This document shows, piece after piece, positions 56,132-64,000 of a DNA stretch of 64,000 nucleotides (positions are counted from its first letter, which is position 1; each line of letters begins with the position of its first letter). The stretch spans positions 281,512 to 345,511 of the forward strand of contig OZ246414.1 of NCBI GenBank assembly GCA_965231125.1, written 5' to 3'. The notes under the pieces were generated by a model. The model was not told the origin of the DNA. It made no database searches and was given only the letters and a program-made list of their open reading frames with translations. Made by a program: the position numbers and the translations under genes. The DNA is from an uncultured Gammaproteobacteria bacterium. Its GTDB lineage: Bacteria; Patescibacteriota; Microgenomatia; Woykebacterales; RBG-16-39-9b.

Positions 56132-56729
56132 GCCGAACGTTTCCGAACTTTCTAAAAAAGAAAAGAAAGAATTTTTAAAAAAATATCGGTTGTCGGCAGA
56201 AAAAAAATCTAGACTGCAGGGAAATCTAGTAAAAGTGGCTGTCGGTTTGGTATTGTTATTGGTAGTTGGTGCTTTGGGTTATCTTTTATTCGGGCCAAAG
56301 CCGCCCCAAAAAGAAGTTGGTCAGGTAATCCCCCAACTTAGTCAGCAGCATATTGCCCAGGGTACCAAAAGTCCAATTCGTTATAATTCTAATCCCCCAA
56401 CTTCTGGTCCGCACTGGCCTACCCCGGCCCCCTGCCAAATTTACACCCAGGAGATACCGGACGAATCAGCACTCCACAGTATGGAACATGGGGCCATTTG
56501 GATTAGTTATAAGAACAAAAACAATAAAGATCTTATTAACAACTTAACGAACTTAGCAAATAAAGATCCAATCAAAATACTACTCTCACCTAGAAGCAAA
56601 GATGATTCAAACATTGCGATTGCTGCTTGGGGACACCTTTTAAAACTTTCAAATTTTGATGGAAACTTAATTCAAGAATTTATAAAGCTTTATCGAAGCA
56701 GATCACCAGAACCCTTTGGAAGTTGCTAA
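56124..56729 (+). CDS. DUF3105 domain protein
   Basis: N-terminal transmembrane helix, and PPTSGPHW...HSMEHGAIWISY. Confidence 0.5.
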   Translation: MSKPNVSELSKKEKKEFLKKYRLSAEKKSRLQGNLVKVAVGLVLLLVVGALGYLLFGPKPPQKEVGQVIPQLSQQHIAQGTKSPIRYNSNPPTSGPHWPTPAPCQIYTQEIPDESALHSMEHGAIWISYKNKNNKDLINNLTNLANKDPIKILLSPRSKDDSNIAIAAWGHLLKLSNFDGNLIQEFIKLYRSRSPEPFGSC

Positions 56730-56732
56730 CTT

Positions 56733-57803
56733 ATGCTAAATTTAGACGACGCGGGTGAAATTACTGACCTTGACAAAAAGCAAGTCGCTACTTCCATTGA
56801 AAAACTTCCTGATCAAGTGGAACAAGCGTGGACCGAAAGCAGTGCAATTTCCTTTCCGGAAAACTACACTGGTGTTAAGAATATAATAATAGCCGGTATG
56901 GGCGGATCTGCTTTGGGTCCAGAGCTTGCCCGAAGTATTTTGACGGATAAGATTACATTACCTTTGGTGATAGTGAGAGACTACAAATTGCCGGCATTCG
57001 CAGACGAAAACACACTAGTGATTCTATCAAGTTATTCTGGTACTACTGAAGAGGTGCTTTCTTGTGCACAAGGGGCAGTTTCCAGAAACTGTAAAATTGC
57101 CGGTATTACTGAAGGGAGCGACCTTGGACATTGGTTAAAAAAAGGTGGTTACCCCACTTATATTTTTGAAGCCAAAAATAATCCTTCGGAGCAACCTCGA
57201 GCCGGTTTAGGATATATGGCGGTGGGGATAGTAGGGATTCTACATTCTTTAGGCTTTGTAAAAATTAGCAGTCGGGATATTGAAGACGCAACTGGCTCAA
57301 TTAGAGGTTTAGGGGAAGATTTTCACCCTGATTCTAAAATTTCCAATAATTTTGCAAAAGAAATTGCATCAAAATTGCAAGGTTTTGAGGTTTCTATTCT
57401 AGCAGCTGAATTTCTTTCAGCGAACGCTCATATTTTTGCAAACCAGATAAACGAAACAGCAAAAACTTTTTCGTCTTATCATTTGCTTTCTGAACTTAAC
57501 CACCATCTTTTAGAAGGTCTTGGCCGTCCGGAGAACTTAAGTCAAAATCTCAAGTTTGTAATTTTAGAATCTGACTTATACTCCGACAAGATAAAAAAAA
57601 GAATTGAGATTACAAAAGATATACTGGATAAACATAAGTTCGATGTAATTTCCGTTAAATTTGAGGAAGAGACTCCTATTGTTCAAGCACTCGATACTTT
57701 ATTAGTGAGCTCTTGGACCAGCTTTTATCTAGGACTTCTCAATGGAGTTGATCTATCCGAAATCCCTTGGGTGGATTATTTTAAAAAAAGATTAGCCGAA
57801 TAG
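56733..57803 (+). CDS. Bifunctional phosphoglucose/phosphomannose isomerase (SIS domain)
   Basis: GMGGSALG and the SYSGTTEE pattern of the archaeal-type PGI/PMI family. Confidence 0.65.
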   Translation: MLNLDDAGEITDLDKKQVATSIEKLPDQVEQAWTESSAISFPENYTGVKNIIIAGMGGSALGPELARSILTDKITLPLVIVRDYKLPAFADENTLVILSSYSGTTEEVLSCAQGAVSRNCKIAGITEGSDLGHWLKKGGYPTYIFEAKNNPSEQPRAGLGYMAVGIVGILHSLGFVKISSRDIEDATGSIRGLGEDFHPDSKISNNFAKEIASKLQGFEVSILAAEFLSANAHIFANQINETAKTFSSYHLLSELNHHLLEGLGRPENLSQNLKFVILESDLYSDKIKKRIEITKDILDKHKFDVISVKFEEETPIVQALDTLLVSSWTSFYLGLLNGVDLSEIPWVDYFKKRLAE

Positions 57804-57831
57804 CCGTTGACCGGTAAGCTACAATCAGAAT

Positions 57832-58839
57832 ATGGAACAAACCTACGACACAATTATAATTGGTTCTGGGCCGGCGGGTTTGACGGCCGCCATTTACGCG
57901 TCTCGCGGAAAACTCTCCACGCTTGTTTTAGCCGGGGTCGAGGCCGGTGGTCAGCTTATGCTCACCACTGATGTTGAAGATTTCCCTGGTTTCCCCGAAC
58001 CTATTCAAGGGCCAGAGTTGATGACGCAAATGCGGCAGCAAGCCGGGCGTCTTGGAGCCAAAATAATTAATGAAAATGTTGCGAAGACAGATTTCTCCAG
58101 CCGCCCTTTTAAAGTCTGGGCCGCAAGTAAAGAGTATCAAGCGAGAACTTTAATAGTTGCCACGGGAGCCAGTGCCAAATGGTTGGGTCTGCCATCCGAA
58201 CAAAGGCTGATTGGAAAAGGAGTCTCCTCTTGCGCGGTTTGCGACGGGCCTTTTTTCCGTGACAAGAAAATTGCCGTGGTTGGTGGCGGGGATTCAGCTC
58301 TTCGCGAGGCGCTATTCCTTTCAAAATTCGGCGAAACCGTAACTATTATTCATCGCCGCGACACCCTGCGTGCTTTCCCGGCTCTGCAAGACAGAATTTT
58401 TAACACCCCGAACATAAAATTTATTTGGGATAGCGTGGTGGAAGAAGTTCTCGGCGAAAATAAAGTTGAGGCAGTTAGAATCAAAAATGTCAAAACTGAA
58501 AAGTATTCCGAACTTCCCACTTCCGGTTTATTCATAGCAGTCGGTCATAAACCAAGTACCGATTTTCTTAAAGGTCAATTGGAGCTAGACGATAAAGGGT
58601 ACATAAAGATAATTCAAAATTCAAAATTCAAAATTCAAAATGAAAAAGGCAAAGCAGATAGGGAATTTTCAACGGCAACATCAGTTGAGGGAGTTTTTGC
58701 AGCTGGGGACGTGCACGATTGGCATTATCAACAAGCGGTAACGGCGGCCGGTGCCGGCTGTATGGCCGCGATGGATGCGGAAGAATTTTTGGAAGAAGAA
58801 AAGTCTAGGACTAAAATTGCCTCCAAGGTGTCGAAGTAA
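57832..58839 (+). CDS. trxB: Thioredoxin-disulfide reductase
   Basis: GSGPAG FAD-binding site, redox-active CAVCDG, and GGGDSA NADPH-binding site. Confidence 0.9.
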   Translation: MEQTYDTIIIGSGPAGLTAAIYASRGKLSTLVLAGVEAGGQLMLTTDVEDFPGFPEPIQGPELMTQMRQQAGRLGAKIINENVAKTDFSSRPFKVWAASKEYQARTLIVATGASAKWLGLPSEQRLIGKGVSSCAVCDGPFFRDKKIAVVGGGDSALREALFLSKFGETVTIIHRRDTLRAFPALQDRIFNTPNIKFIWDSVVEEVLGENKVEAVRIKNVKTEKYSELPTSGLFIAVGHKPSTDFLKGQLELDDKGYIKIIQNSKFKIQNEKGKADREFSTATSVEGVFAAGDVHDWHYQQAVTAAGAGCMAAMDAEEFLEEEKSRTKIASKVSK

Positions 58840-58897
58840 TTTCCCACGCCACAAACTTAAAAAGTAGGGGGTTGACAAACCCTAGATATTGGGACTA

Positions 58898-58926
58898 ACA
58901 TTAATATTGTACTCAATATCTTGTGC
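58898..58926 (+). promoter_or_regulatory. Candidate NrdR-box pair
   Basis: ACTCAATATCTTGTGC (13 of 16 matches to acaCwAtATaTwGtgt) adjacent to ACATTAATATTGT. About 270 nt upstream of nrdR. Confidence 0.25.
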
Positions 58927-59197
58927 TTGTTAGGTTCCACCCGTGGAAAGCCCCTGGGCTTCCAAGATTCAGGCCAAAGTCTAACTTGACAGGCAACACC
59001 TTTTTTACACCACTGCAAGCGCAAGAAAAGAGACTTTTGGATCTTTAATCAACTCAGCGAGGACAGCGTCTTAGTGTTCTTGTGCCTTGAAAATTAGTTT
59101 TTAAGTCTACCGTGAGTAAAACTGTAAGAAGTGGTTACCTCAGGTTTAGTCCGAGCGCGGCTTGCAGAGCGATTTACTCGCCAGGATTGCAAAATAT

Positions 59198-59672
59198 AAT
59201 GAAGTGTCCGTATTGTTCAAATTTTGATACAGCCGTGATGGATTCGCGAGATAGCGAAGATCTTTCCTCTATTCGCCGGCGTCGAGAGTGTCTTAAGTGC
59301 GGCAAGCGTTTTACTACTTACGAGAGAATAGAAATGATCGATCTGGCTATTTTGAAAAAAGATGGCCGTCGGGAAAATTTCGATCGAGTGAAACTTATTA
59401 ACGGGTTAAAAAAGGCAACTGAAAAGCGTCCGGTTAGTGTGGAACAAGTCGAAGATACAGCGGATGCTATTGAGCGGGAGTTGCGAAGGAGAGATACGAT
59501 TGAGATTCCCAGCACCGTAGTTGGTGAGATTGTTATGCGAAAGCTAAAAGCTTTGGATAAAGTAGCGTACATCCGCTTTGCAAGCGTCTACCGAAGTTTC
59601 GAAGATGTCGAGTCTTTTGAGAAAGAAATTAAAAATCTTTTAAATAAAAAAGGAGGACCTGCTCATGCCTAA
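59198..59672 (+). CDS. nrdR: Transcriptional repressor NrdR
   Basis: Zinc ribbon at the start (MKCPYCS...CLKCGKRF) followed by an ATP-cone. The track start at 59112 is an extension. Confidence 0.85.
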
Positions 59673-62268
59673 GGTAAAACAAGGAATCCGCCCGCCGGCC
59701 GGTCGGGCAGGGACAGCGGCGTCTATAGAGAAGTTTCATTTTAACCCTAAGCTCCAAACCGATCTTGAAGGTTTGGTCGACGACCCAAACCAAACTCAAT
59801 TGGAAGGGGTAAGAGAAACAGTTTTCCGCGACCGCTACTCCTTGAAGGATGCCGACGGCAACCCAGTCGAGGAACATCCTGAACAGATGTGGAGAAGGGT
59901 TGCTGCCGGCATTGCGCAAGTCGAAAAAAGTTCCGCCAATCAGAAAGAGTGGGCCGGAAAATTTTACGAAGCCTTAGACGACTTTAAGTTTGTTCCCGGG
60001 GGCCGGATTCTTTCTGGGGCCGGCACTCCCTACGAAGTAACTTTCTATAATTGTTTTGTTATCCCTTCTCCACACGACTCACGAGACGGAATTATCGACA
60101 ATCTAAAAATTATGGTAGATATTATGAGCCGCTCCGGTGGAGTGGGCATTAACCTTTCTTCACTTCGTCCTAGGGGGGCCCGAGTCCGCAAGGTAAACGG
60201 GACAAGCTCTGGACCAGTGAATTGGGCCGAGCTTTACTCCACCGCCACTCACGATGTTATCCAGCAAGGAGGCACTCGCCGCGGCGCTTTAATGCTGATG
60301 CTTAATGATTGGCACCCCGACATCGAGGAATTTATTGACGTGAAGAAAGACCTTTCCCGCATTAACGGTGCCAACCTATCCGTCTGCGTTTCCGACTCTT
60401 TCATGGAGGCAGTTAAAAACGATAAGGATTGGAACTTGGTTTTCCCTGATATTTCTGATCCGGATTACGACAAAGCCTGGGATGGGGATTTGGAAAAATG
60501 GGAAAGTTTAGGTAAGAAACCGGCTCTTTACAAAACAGTCAAGGCCGCCCAAATTTGGGAGAAAATTTGTCAAGCAGCTTGGGCATCCGCGGAACCAGGG
60601 CTTCACTTTATTGAGAGAAGTAATAAAAGAAGCAACACTTGGTATTTTGAAAAATTAATTTCCACTAACCCTTGTGGTGAGCAGCCGTTAGGGGCCTGGG
60701 CAGTATGTAATCTTGGTTCGGTAAGTCTACCCGCTTTTATCAAACCCTCGGCAAGCTCGGGTCAGAATGAGATGGATTATGAAAAACTTTACGAGACGGT
60801 AAAGACTGCAATCCGCTTTATGGATAACGTTATCAGTGCGACTGGTTACTACTACGATGAGAATCGAAAACAGCAGGCAGGGATTCGCCGCGTTGGGCTT
60901 TCCGGGATGGGGCTGGGGGACGCTTTAATTATGCTAAAGCAAAAGTATGGATCCAAAGAGGCCGAGCCGACAGTGGAAAAGATTTATAAAACAATCAGAG
61001 ACGCTTCTTACGAGGCAAGTGTCGAACTTGCTGCCGAAAAAGGAGCTTTCCCAAACTTTGATAAGGAAAAATACCTGCAAGGTTGGTTCATCAAGAAACT
61101 TCCCGAGAGCATCCGAACGAAGATCAAAAAATACGGTATCCGCAACGCCGTGCTTCTTACCCAAGCTCCGACCGGAACCACATCCTTGCTTGCGGGCGTT
61201 TCTTCGGGGATCGAACCAGTTTATGATTTCGCCATGATTCGTCGCGACCGTACCGGCGAACACGTGATTTACCACCCTGCCTATAAAGAGTGGCTGGATT
61301 CTCACCCGGACGAAGACCCACCAGACTATTTTGTGGCGGCAAACGATCTAACTCCGGAAGATCACGTAAACATCCAAGCAATTGTTCAAGAATATACGGA
61401 CTCCTCAATTTCTAAGACAGTCAATGCCCCTAATGCCCACACCGTGGAAGAAGTCCGAAAGCTTTACATGTGGGCTTACGATCTGGGTTGCAAGGGTGTC
61501 ACTTACATGAGGGATGGTTCTCGTGAAGGAGTTCTTTCCCACGGTGATAAGAGGGAAGATGCTAACGCCGAGAATGGTCACGTCAAAGAGCAAGTGCCGG
61601 TTCACCTGCGAAAGCGGCCGCATTACCTAACAGGAGTAACCCGCCGAATTCCGACCCCAGTTGGGCACGCCTTTGTCACTATTAATGAAGATGAAGGCGG
61701 GGACCCGTTTGAAGTTTTTGTCAATGTCGGCAAAGCCGGGAGCGACATTACGGCCGACGCCGAAGCAATCGGTCGGTTAATATCCCTCGCACTTCGCATT
61801 CCGACTGGCTACGCTCCTAAAGAAGTTGCCCAACAAGTGGTGAATCAGCTTTCTGGAATCGGCGGTAGCCGGCAACAAGGGTTTGGTGCCAACAGGGTCC
61901 ACTCGTTGGCCGATGCGCTTTCTAAGGTTCTGTCAGAATATTTGGGCTCGGAAAGCACTTATCCGGAAGTTGCCGAAAATGGAAACGGTAACGGTCACGC
62001 GAAACCAAACGGTAATGGCAAGACGGTGCATGTTGAGAACCCAACACCCGCGGACGTGCCGGAGTTAACCGATCCACCTGCCTCGCCAGATGCGAGTCAG
62101 GGAGATCCTTCTCCTAGTGTCGGTGAAGTGGCCGCTCTGGCGGCAAGTGAAACTGGCGCGCATCTTAGTGAGGTGAGACGGGATATTTGTCCATCCTGTG
62201 GAGTAGCGAGTTTTGTTTACGAAGAAGGCTGTAAAAAGTGCTACTCTTGTGGACACTCGGAATGTTGA
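59665..62268 (+). CDS. nrdJ: Class II (adenosylcobalamin-dependent) ribonucleotide reductase
   Basis: Active-site region NPCGEQPL and a C-terminal zinc finger (CPSCG...CKKCYSCG). 867 aa. Confidence 0.8.
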   Translation: MPKVKQGIRPPAGRAGTAASIEKFHFNPKLQTDLEGLVDDPNQTQLEGVRETVFRDRYSLKDADGNPVEEHPEQMWRRVAAGIAQVEKSSANQKEWAGKFYEALDDFKFVPGGRILSGAGTPYEVTFYNCFVIPSPHDSRDGIIDNLKIMVDIMSRSGGVGINLSSLRPRGARVRKVNGTSSGPVNWAELYSTATHDVIQQGGTRRGALMLMLNDWHPDIEEFIDVKKDLSRINGANLSVCVSDSFMEAVKNDKDWNLVFPDISDPDYDKAWDGDLEKWESLGKKPALYKTVKAAQIWEKICQAAWASAEPGLHFIERSNKRSNTWYFEKLISTNPCGEQPLGAWAVCNLGSVSLPAFIKPSASSGQNEMDYEKLYETVKTAIRFMDNVISATGYYYDENRKQQAGIRRVGLSGMGLGDALIMLKQKYGSKEAEPTVEKIYKTIRDASYEASVELAAEKGAFPNFDKEKYLQGWFIKKLPESIRTKIKKYGIRNAVLLTQAPTGTTSLLAGVSSGIEPVYDFAMIRRDRTGEHVIYHPAYKEWLDSHPDEDPPDYFVAANDLTPEDHVNIQAIVQEYTDSSISKTVNAPNAHTVEEVRKLYMWAYDLGCKGVTYMRDGSREGVLSHGDKREDANAENGHVKEQVPVHLRKRPHYLTGVTRRIPTPVGHAFVTINEDEGGDPFEVFVNVGKAGSDITADAEAIGRLISLALRIPTGYAPKEVAQQVVNQLSGIGGSRQQGFGANRVHSLADALSKVLSEYLGSESTYPEVAENGNGNGHAKPNGNGKTVHVENPTPADVPELTDPPASPDASQGDPSPSVGEVAALAASETGAHLSEVRRDICPSCGVASFVYEEGCKKCYSCGHSEC

Positions 62269-62279
62269 GGTGATTTGAA

Positions 62280-62573
62280 TTGGATTGGTATCAGTGGCAA
62301 ATAAAGACTAAGGGTAGTTGTGAATATTGCGAAAGACCTTTTACCTCTTCGAATCGTAAAACTATAGACCACATAATCCCAAAAGGAAAAGGTGGGTCCT
62401 ATAAAAAAGAGACTTGGAATTTAATTGCCGCTTGTATCGAATGCAACTCAAGAAAAGGCAACTATATAAGCTATTCAATTGGGTGGGTAATAGGGAACAG
62501 AGAATTACTAATTGAGGATATTAAATCAAACAAGTTAAAAATAAGAATTGACAGAGCGATAGTAAGCAAGTAA
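62280..62573 (+). CDS. HNH endonuclease
   Basis: CEYC...DHIIPK..GG...WNL.AAC..CN..K. 97 aa. Confidence 0.65.
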   Translation: MDWYQWQIKTKGSCEYCERPFTSSNRKTIDHIIPKGKGGSYKKETWNLIAACIECNSRKGNYISYSIGWVIGNRELLIEDIKSNKLKIRIDRAIVSK

Positions 62574-62595
62574 TGTATTGTTACATTAACAAGTA

Positions 62596-62742
62596 AGGTC
62601 AAAGGAATACGGGTGAAGCACGGTGTAAATCCGTGGGAGTGCCGCTACTGTAAACCCAGAACCCCGCCTTTGAATCCCTTCGAGCAAAGGAGGTGAAAAA
62701 TCACTTAGGATTTAAACCAGCCAACTTTGCGGCTGGTTTTTT
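62596..62742 (+). ncRNA. Cobalamin riboswitch-like leader (assigned from memory, not verified) with a terminator expression platform
   Basis: GGTGAAGCACGGTGTAAATCCGTG...GCCGCTACTGTAAACC resembles the cobalamin-riboswitch core as I recall it. It is followed by the hairpin CCAGCC..GGCTGG plus T6 (62717-62742), directly upstream of the DUF4430 gene. Confidence 0.5.
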
Positions 62743-62753
62743 GGTGGTAAAAT

Positions 62754-63206
62754 ATGAAAAATCAACAAAGAAATTGGATAATTGCGGCAGTTATAGTTAT
62801 TTTGGCCCTAGTTGGTGGTTATTTTGTATTAACCAATTTAGGGAACAATAAGACACCTTCAACCCCAACTTCTCAAGAGCAAGTAAAGGGAGTTCAAGTT
62901 GAAGTAACCATCGACTATTCTGGCGAACAAGGTAAATCCCTAGAAACAAGGACGGTGAATGTTACCGAAGGCAAGACTGCTTGGGATGCACTGGTTGTGG
63001 ATGTAGGCAAGGAAAATATTGACTATAAAGATTATGGTAGCCTTGGTGTACTTGTGTTGGGGATTAATGGTGTAAAACCAACTGGTAACAACTCTTGGGA
63101 ATTCCAGGTAAACGGGAAGGCTGCCCCAGTGGGAGTTAGCAGTTACAAAGTGAAATCTAGTGACAAAATTGGATTTGTGATTACGCAAGCCAGTAAAGGT
63201 CAGTAA
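62754..63206 (+). CDS. DUF4430 domain protein (putative cobalamin-binding, lipid/membrane-anchored)
   Basis: N-terminal transmembrane or signal segment. TAWDAL...SWEFQVNGK pattern. Confidence 0.55.
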   Translation: MKNQQRNWIIAAVIVILALVGGYFVLTNLGNNKTPSTPTSQEQVKGVQVEVTIDYSGEQGKSLETRTVNVTEGKTAWDALVVDVGKENIDYKDYGSLGVLVLGINGVKPTGNNSWEFQVNGKAAPVGVSSYKVKSSDKIGFVITQASKGQ

Positions 63207-63267
63207 GACCTTACCCGCGGCGCCGCGGGAATCCCGCGGCGCCGGCTATATAATTACTAGTAATACT

Positions 63268-63864
63268 ATGAAAAACTTGGAAAAATTAGTCAGTCCCTTG
63301 TTAATTATAACTGCCGCTGTCGGGCTTCGGCTTATTTCTCATATGCCGAATTTTGCGCCAATTAGCGCGATGGCCCTTTTTGGTGGGGCGTATTTGGGCA
63401 AGCGTTGGGCACTGATTGTGCCGATTGTTGCAATGCTAATTTCTGATTATCTCGTTCTCTATATAAACCCCTTTAGAGTTCCAATGTTGGGTTTTAGCCA
63501 CATTTACGCGCCATTGGACTTAATACACGGTACTACATATGCGGTTTACGGAAGTTTTTTAATTTCAGGGCTAGTCGGTTTGTGGTTGCGCAGTCACAAA
63601 AACCCGACCAGCATAGCTGCCGCCGCCCTTTTTTCTTCACTACAGTTTTTCTTAATAACTAACGCTGCGGTTTGGCTTGGAGGAGGTTACAACGGGGGTC
63701 TTTTGGGCCTTTGGGAAAGCTATGTTGCTGGGTTACCATTTTTTAGAGGGACTTTGTTTGGAGATTTCTTTTACACAGGACTATTTTTCGGCGGGTTTGA
63801 AGCTTTAAAATGGTTTGTGTTTGATAGGAAAAAAGCTATAATAAACGCGGAGGTGAAAGTTTAA
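63268..63864 (+). CDS. Integral membrane protein, possible vitamin-uptake substrate-capture component
   Basis: Five to six transmembrane helices. Co-transcribed with the DUF4430 gene behind the riboswitch. Functional assignment is weak. Confidence 0.45.
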   Translation: MKNLEKLVSPLLIITAAVGLRLISHMPNFAPISAMALFGGAYLGKRWALIVPIVAMLISDYLVLYINPFRVPMLGFSHIYAPLDLIHGTTYAVYGSFLISGLVGLWLRSHKNPTSIAAAALFSSLQFFLITNAAVWLGGGYNGGLLGLWESYVAGLPFFRGTLFGDFFYTGLFFGGFEALKWFVFDRKKAIINAEVKV

Positions 63865-64000
63865 TGACTGAAAAGACAGAAGATTTTAAAGTTCGTGGTG
63901 AAGAAGTTGTTAAAAAAGTTAAAGAATTGATTAAGGAAGGCAACGTCCGCCGGGTTACAATTAAAGATAAAGAAGGAAAGGTAATTGCGGAGTTTCCTTT
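63864..64000 (+). CDS. DUF4342-like protein, N-terminal fragment (continues beyond the window)
   Basis: MTEKTEDFKVRGEEVVKKVKELIKEGNVRRVTIKDKEGKVIAEFP. Confidence 0.35.
   Translation, partial: MTEKTEDFKVRGEEVVKKVKELIKEGNVRRVTIKDKEGKVIAEFP

Noticed and set aside
1-64000. CRISPR arrays, rRNA and tRNA genes
   Set aside because: No regularly spaced direct repeats, no rRNA-like conserved blocks and no cloverleaf-capable tRNA candidates were seen on either strand.

Overview
This is an AT-rich, gene-dense bacterial chromosome segment. Gene content suggests a small-genome CPR/Patescibacteria-like organism (inference; features noted: an unusually short AspRS, split transketolase, a type IV pilus operon, several conserved domain-of-unknown-function proteins). 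Housekeeping genes include the C-terminal end of secD, secF, an ABC-2 exporter, typA/bipA, recJ, aspS, gltX, yidD, a glycolysis and non-oxidative pentose-phosphate cluster (gap, rpiB, rpe, split tkt, fba, a PfkB kinase, PGI/PMI), trxB, and nrdR with a class II B12-dependent ribonucleotide reductase. A long minus-strand type IV pilus operon (sensor kinase and CheY-like regulator, then pilB, pilC, pilins, a large LVIVD-repeat minor pilin, a PilM-like protein) spans about 35.5-44.6 kb.

The standout is a complete diversity-generating retroelement (DGR) at about 30.0-33.4 kb. It has a GC-rich target gene whose C-terminal 116-bp variable region (VR) differs from a downstream 116-bp template repeat (TR) at exactly 22 positions, every one of which is an adenine in the TR. 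It also has an Avd-like four-helix-bundle gene, a DGR-type reverse transcriptase carrying the IGNLTSQ motif, and an embedded GIY-YIG nuclease.

Other notable items are a cobalamin-riboswitch-like leader in front of a DUF4430 protein plus membrane protein, next to the B12-dependent RNR; an HNH endonuclease after nrdJ; an accessory island at 12.3-15.7 kb with a repeated intergenic element, two IS1595-like zinc-ribbon mini-ORFs, a Phd/RelE toxin-antitoxin pair and a peroxiredoxin remnant; a shared upstream module with a covarying hairpin in front of three genes; and paralogous small genes flanking typA. No rRNA, tRNA or CRISPR array was recognised.
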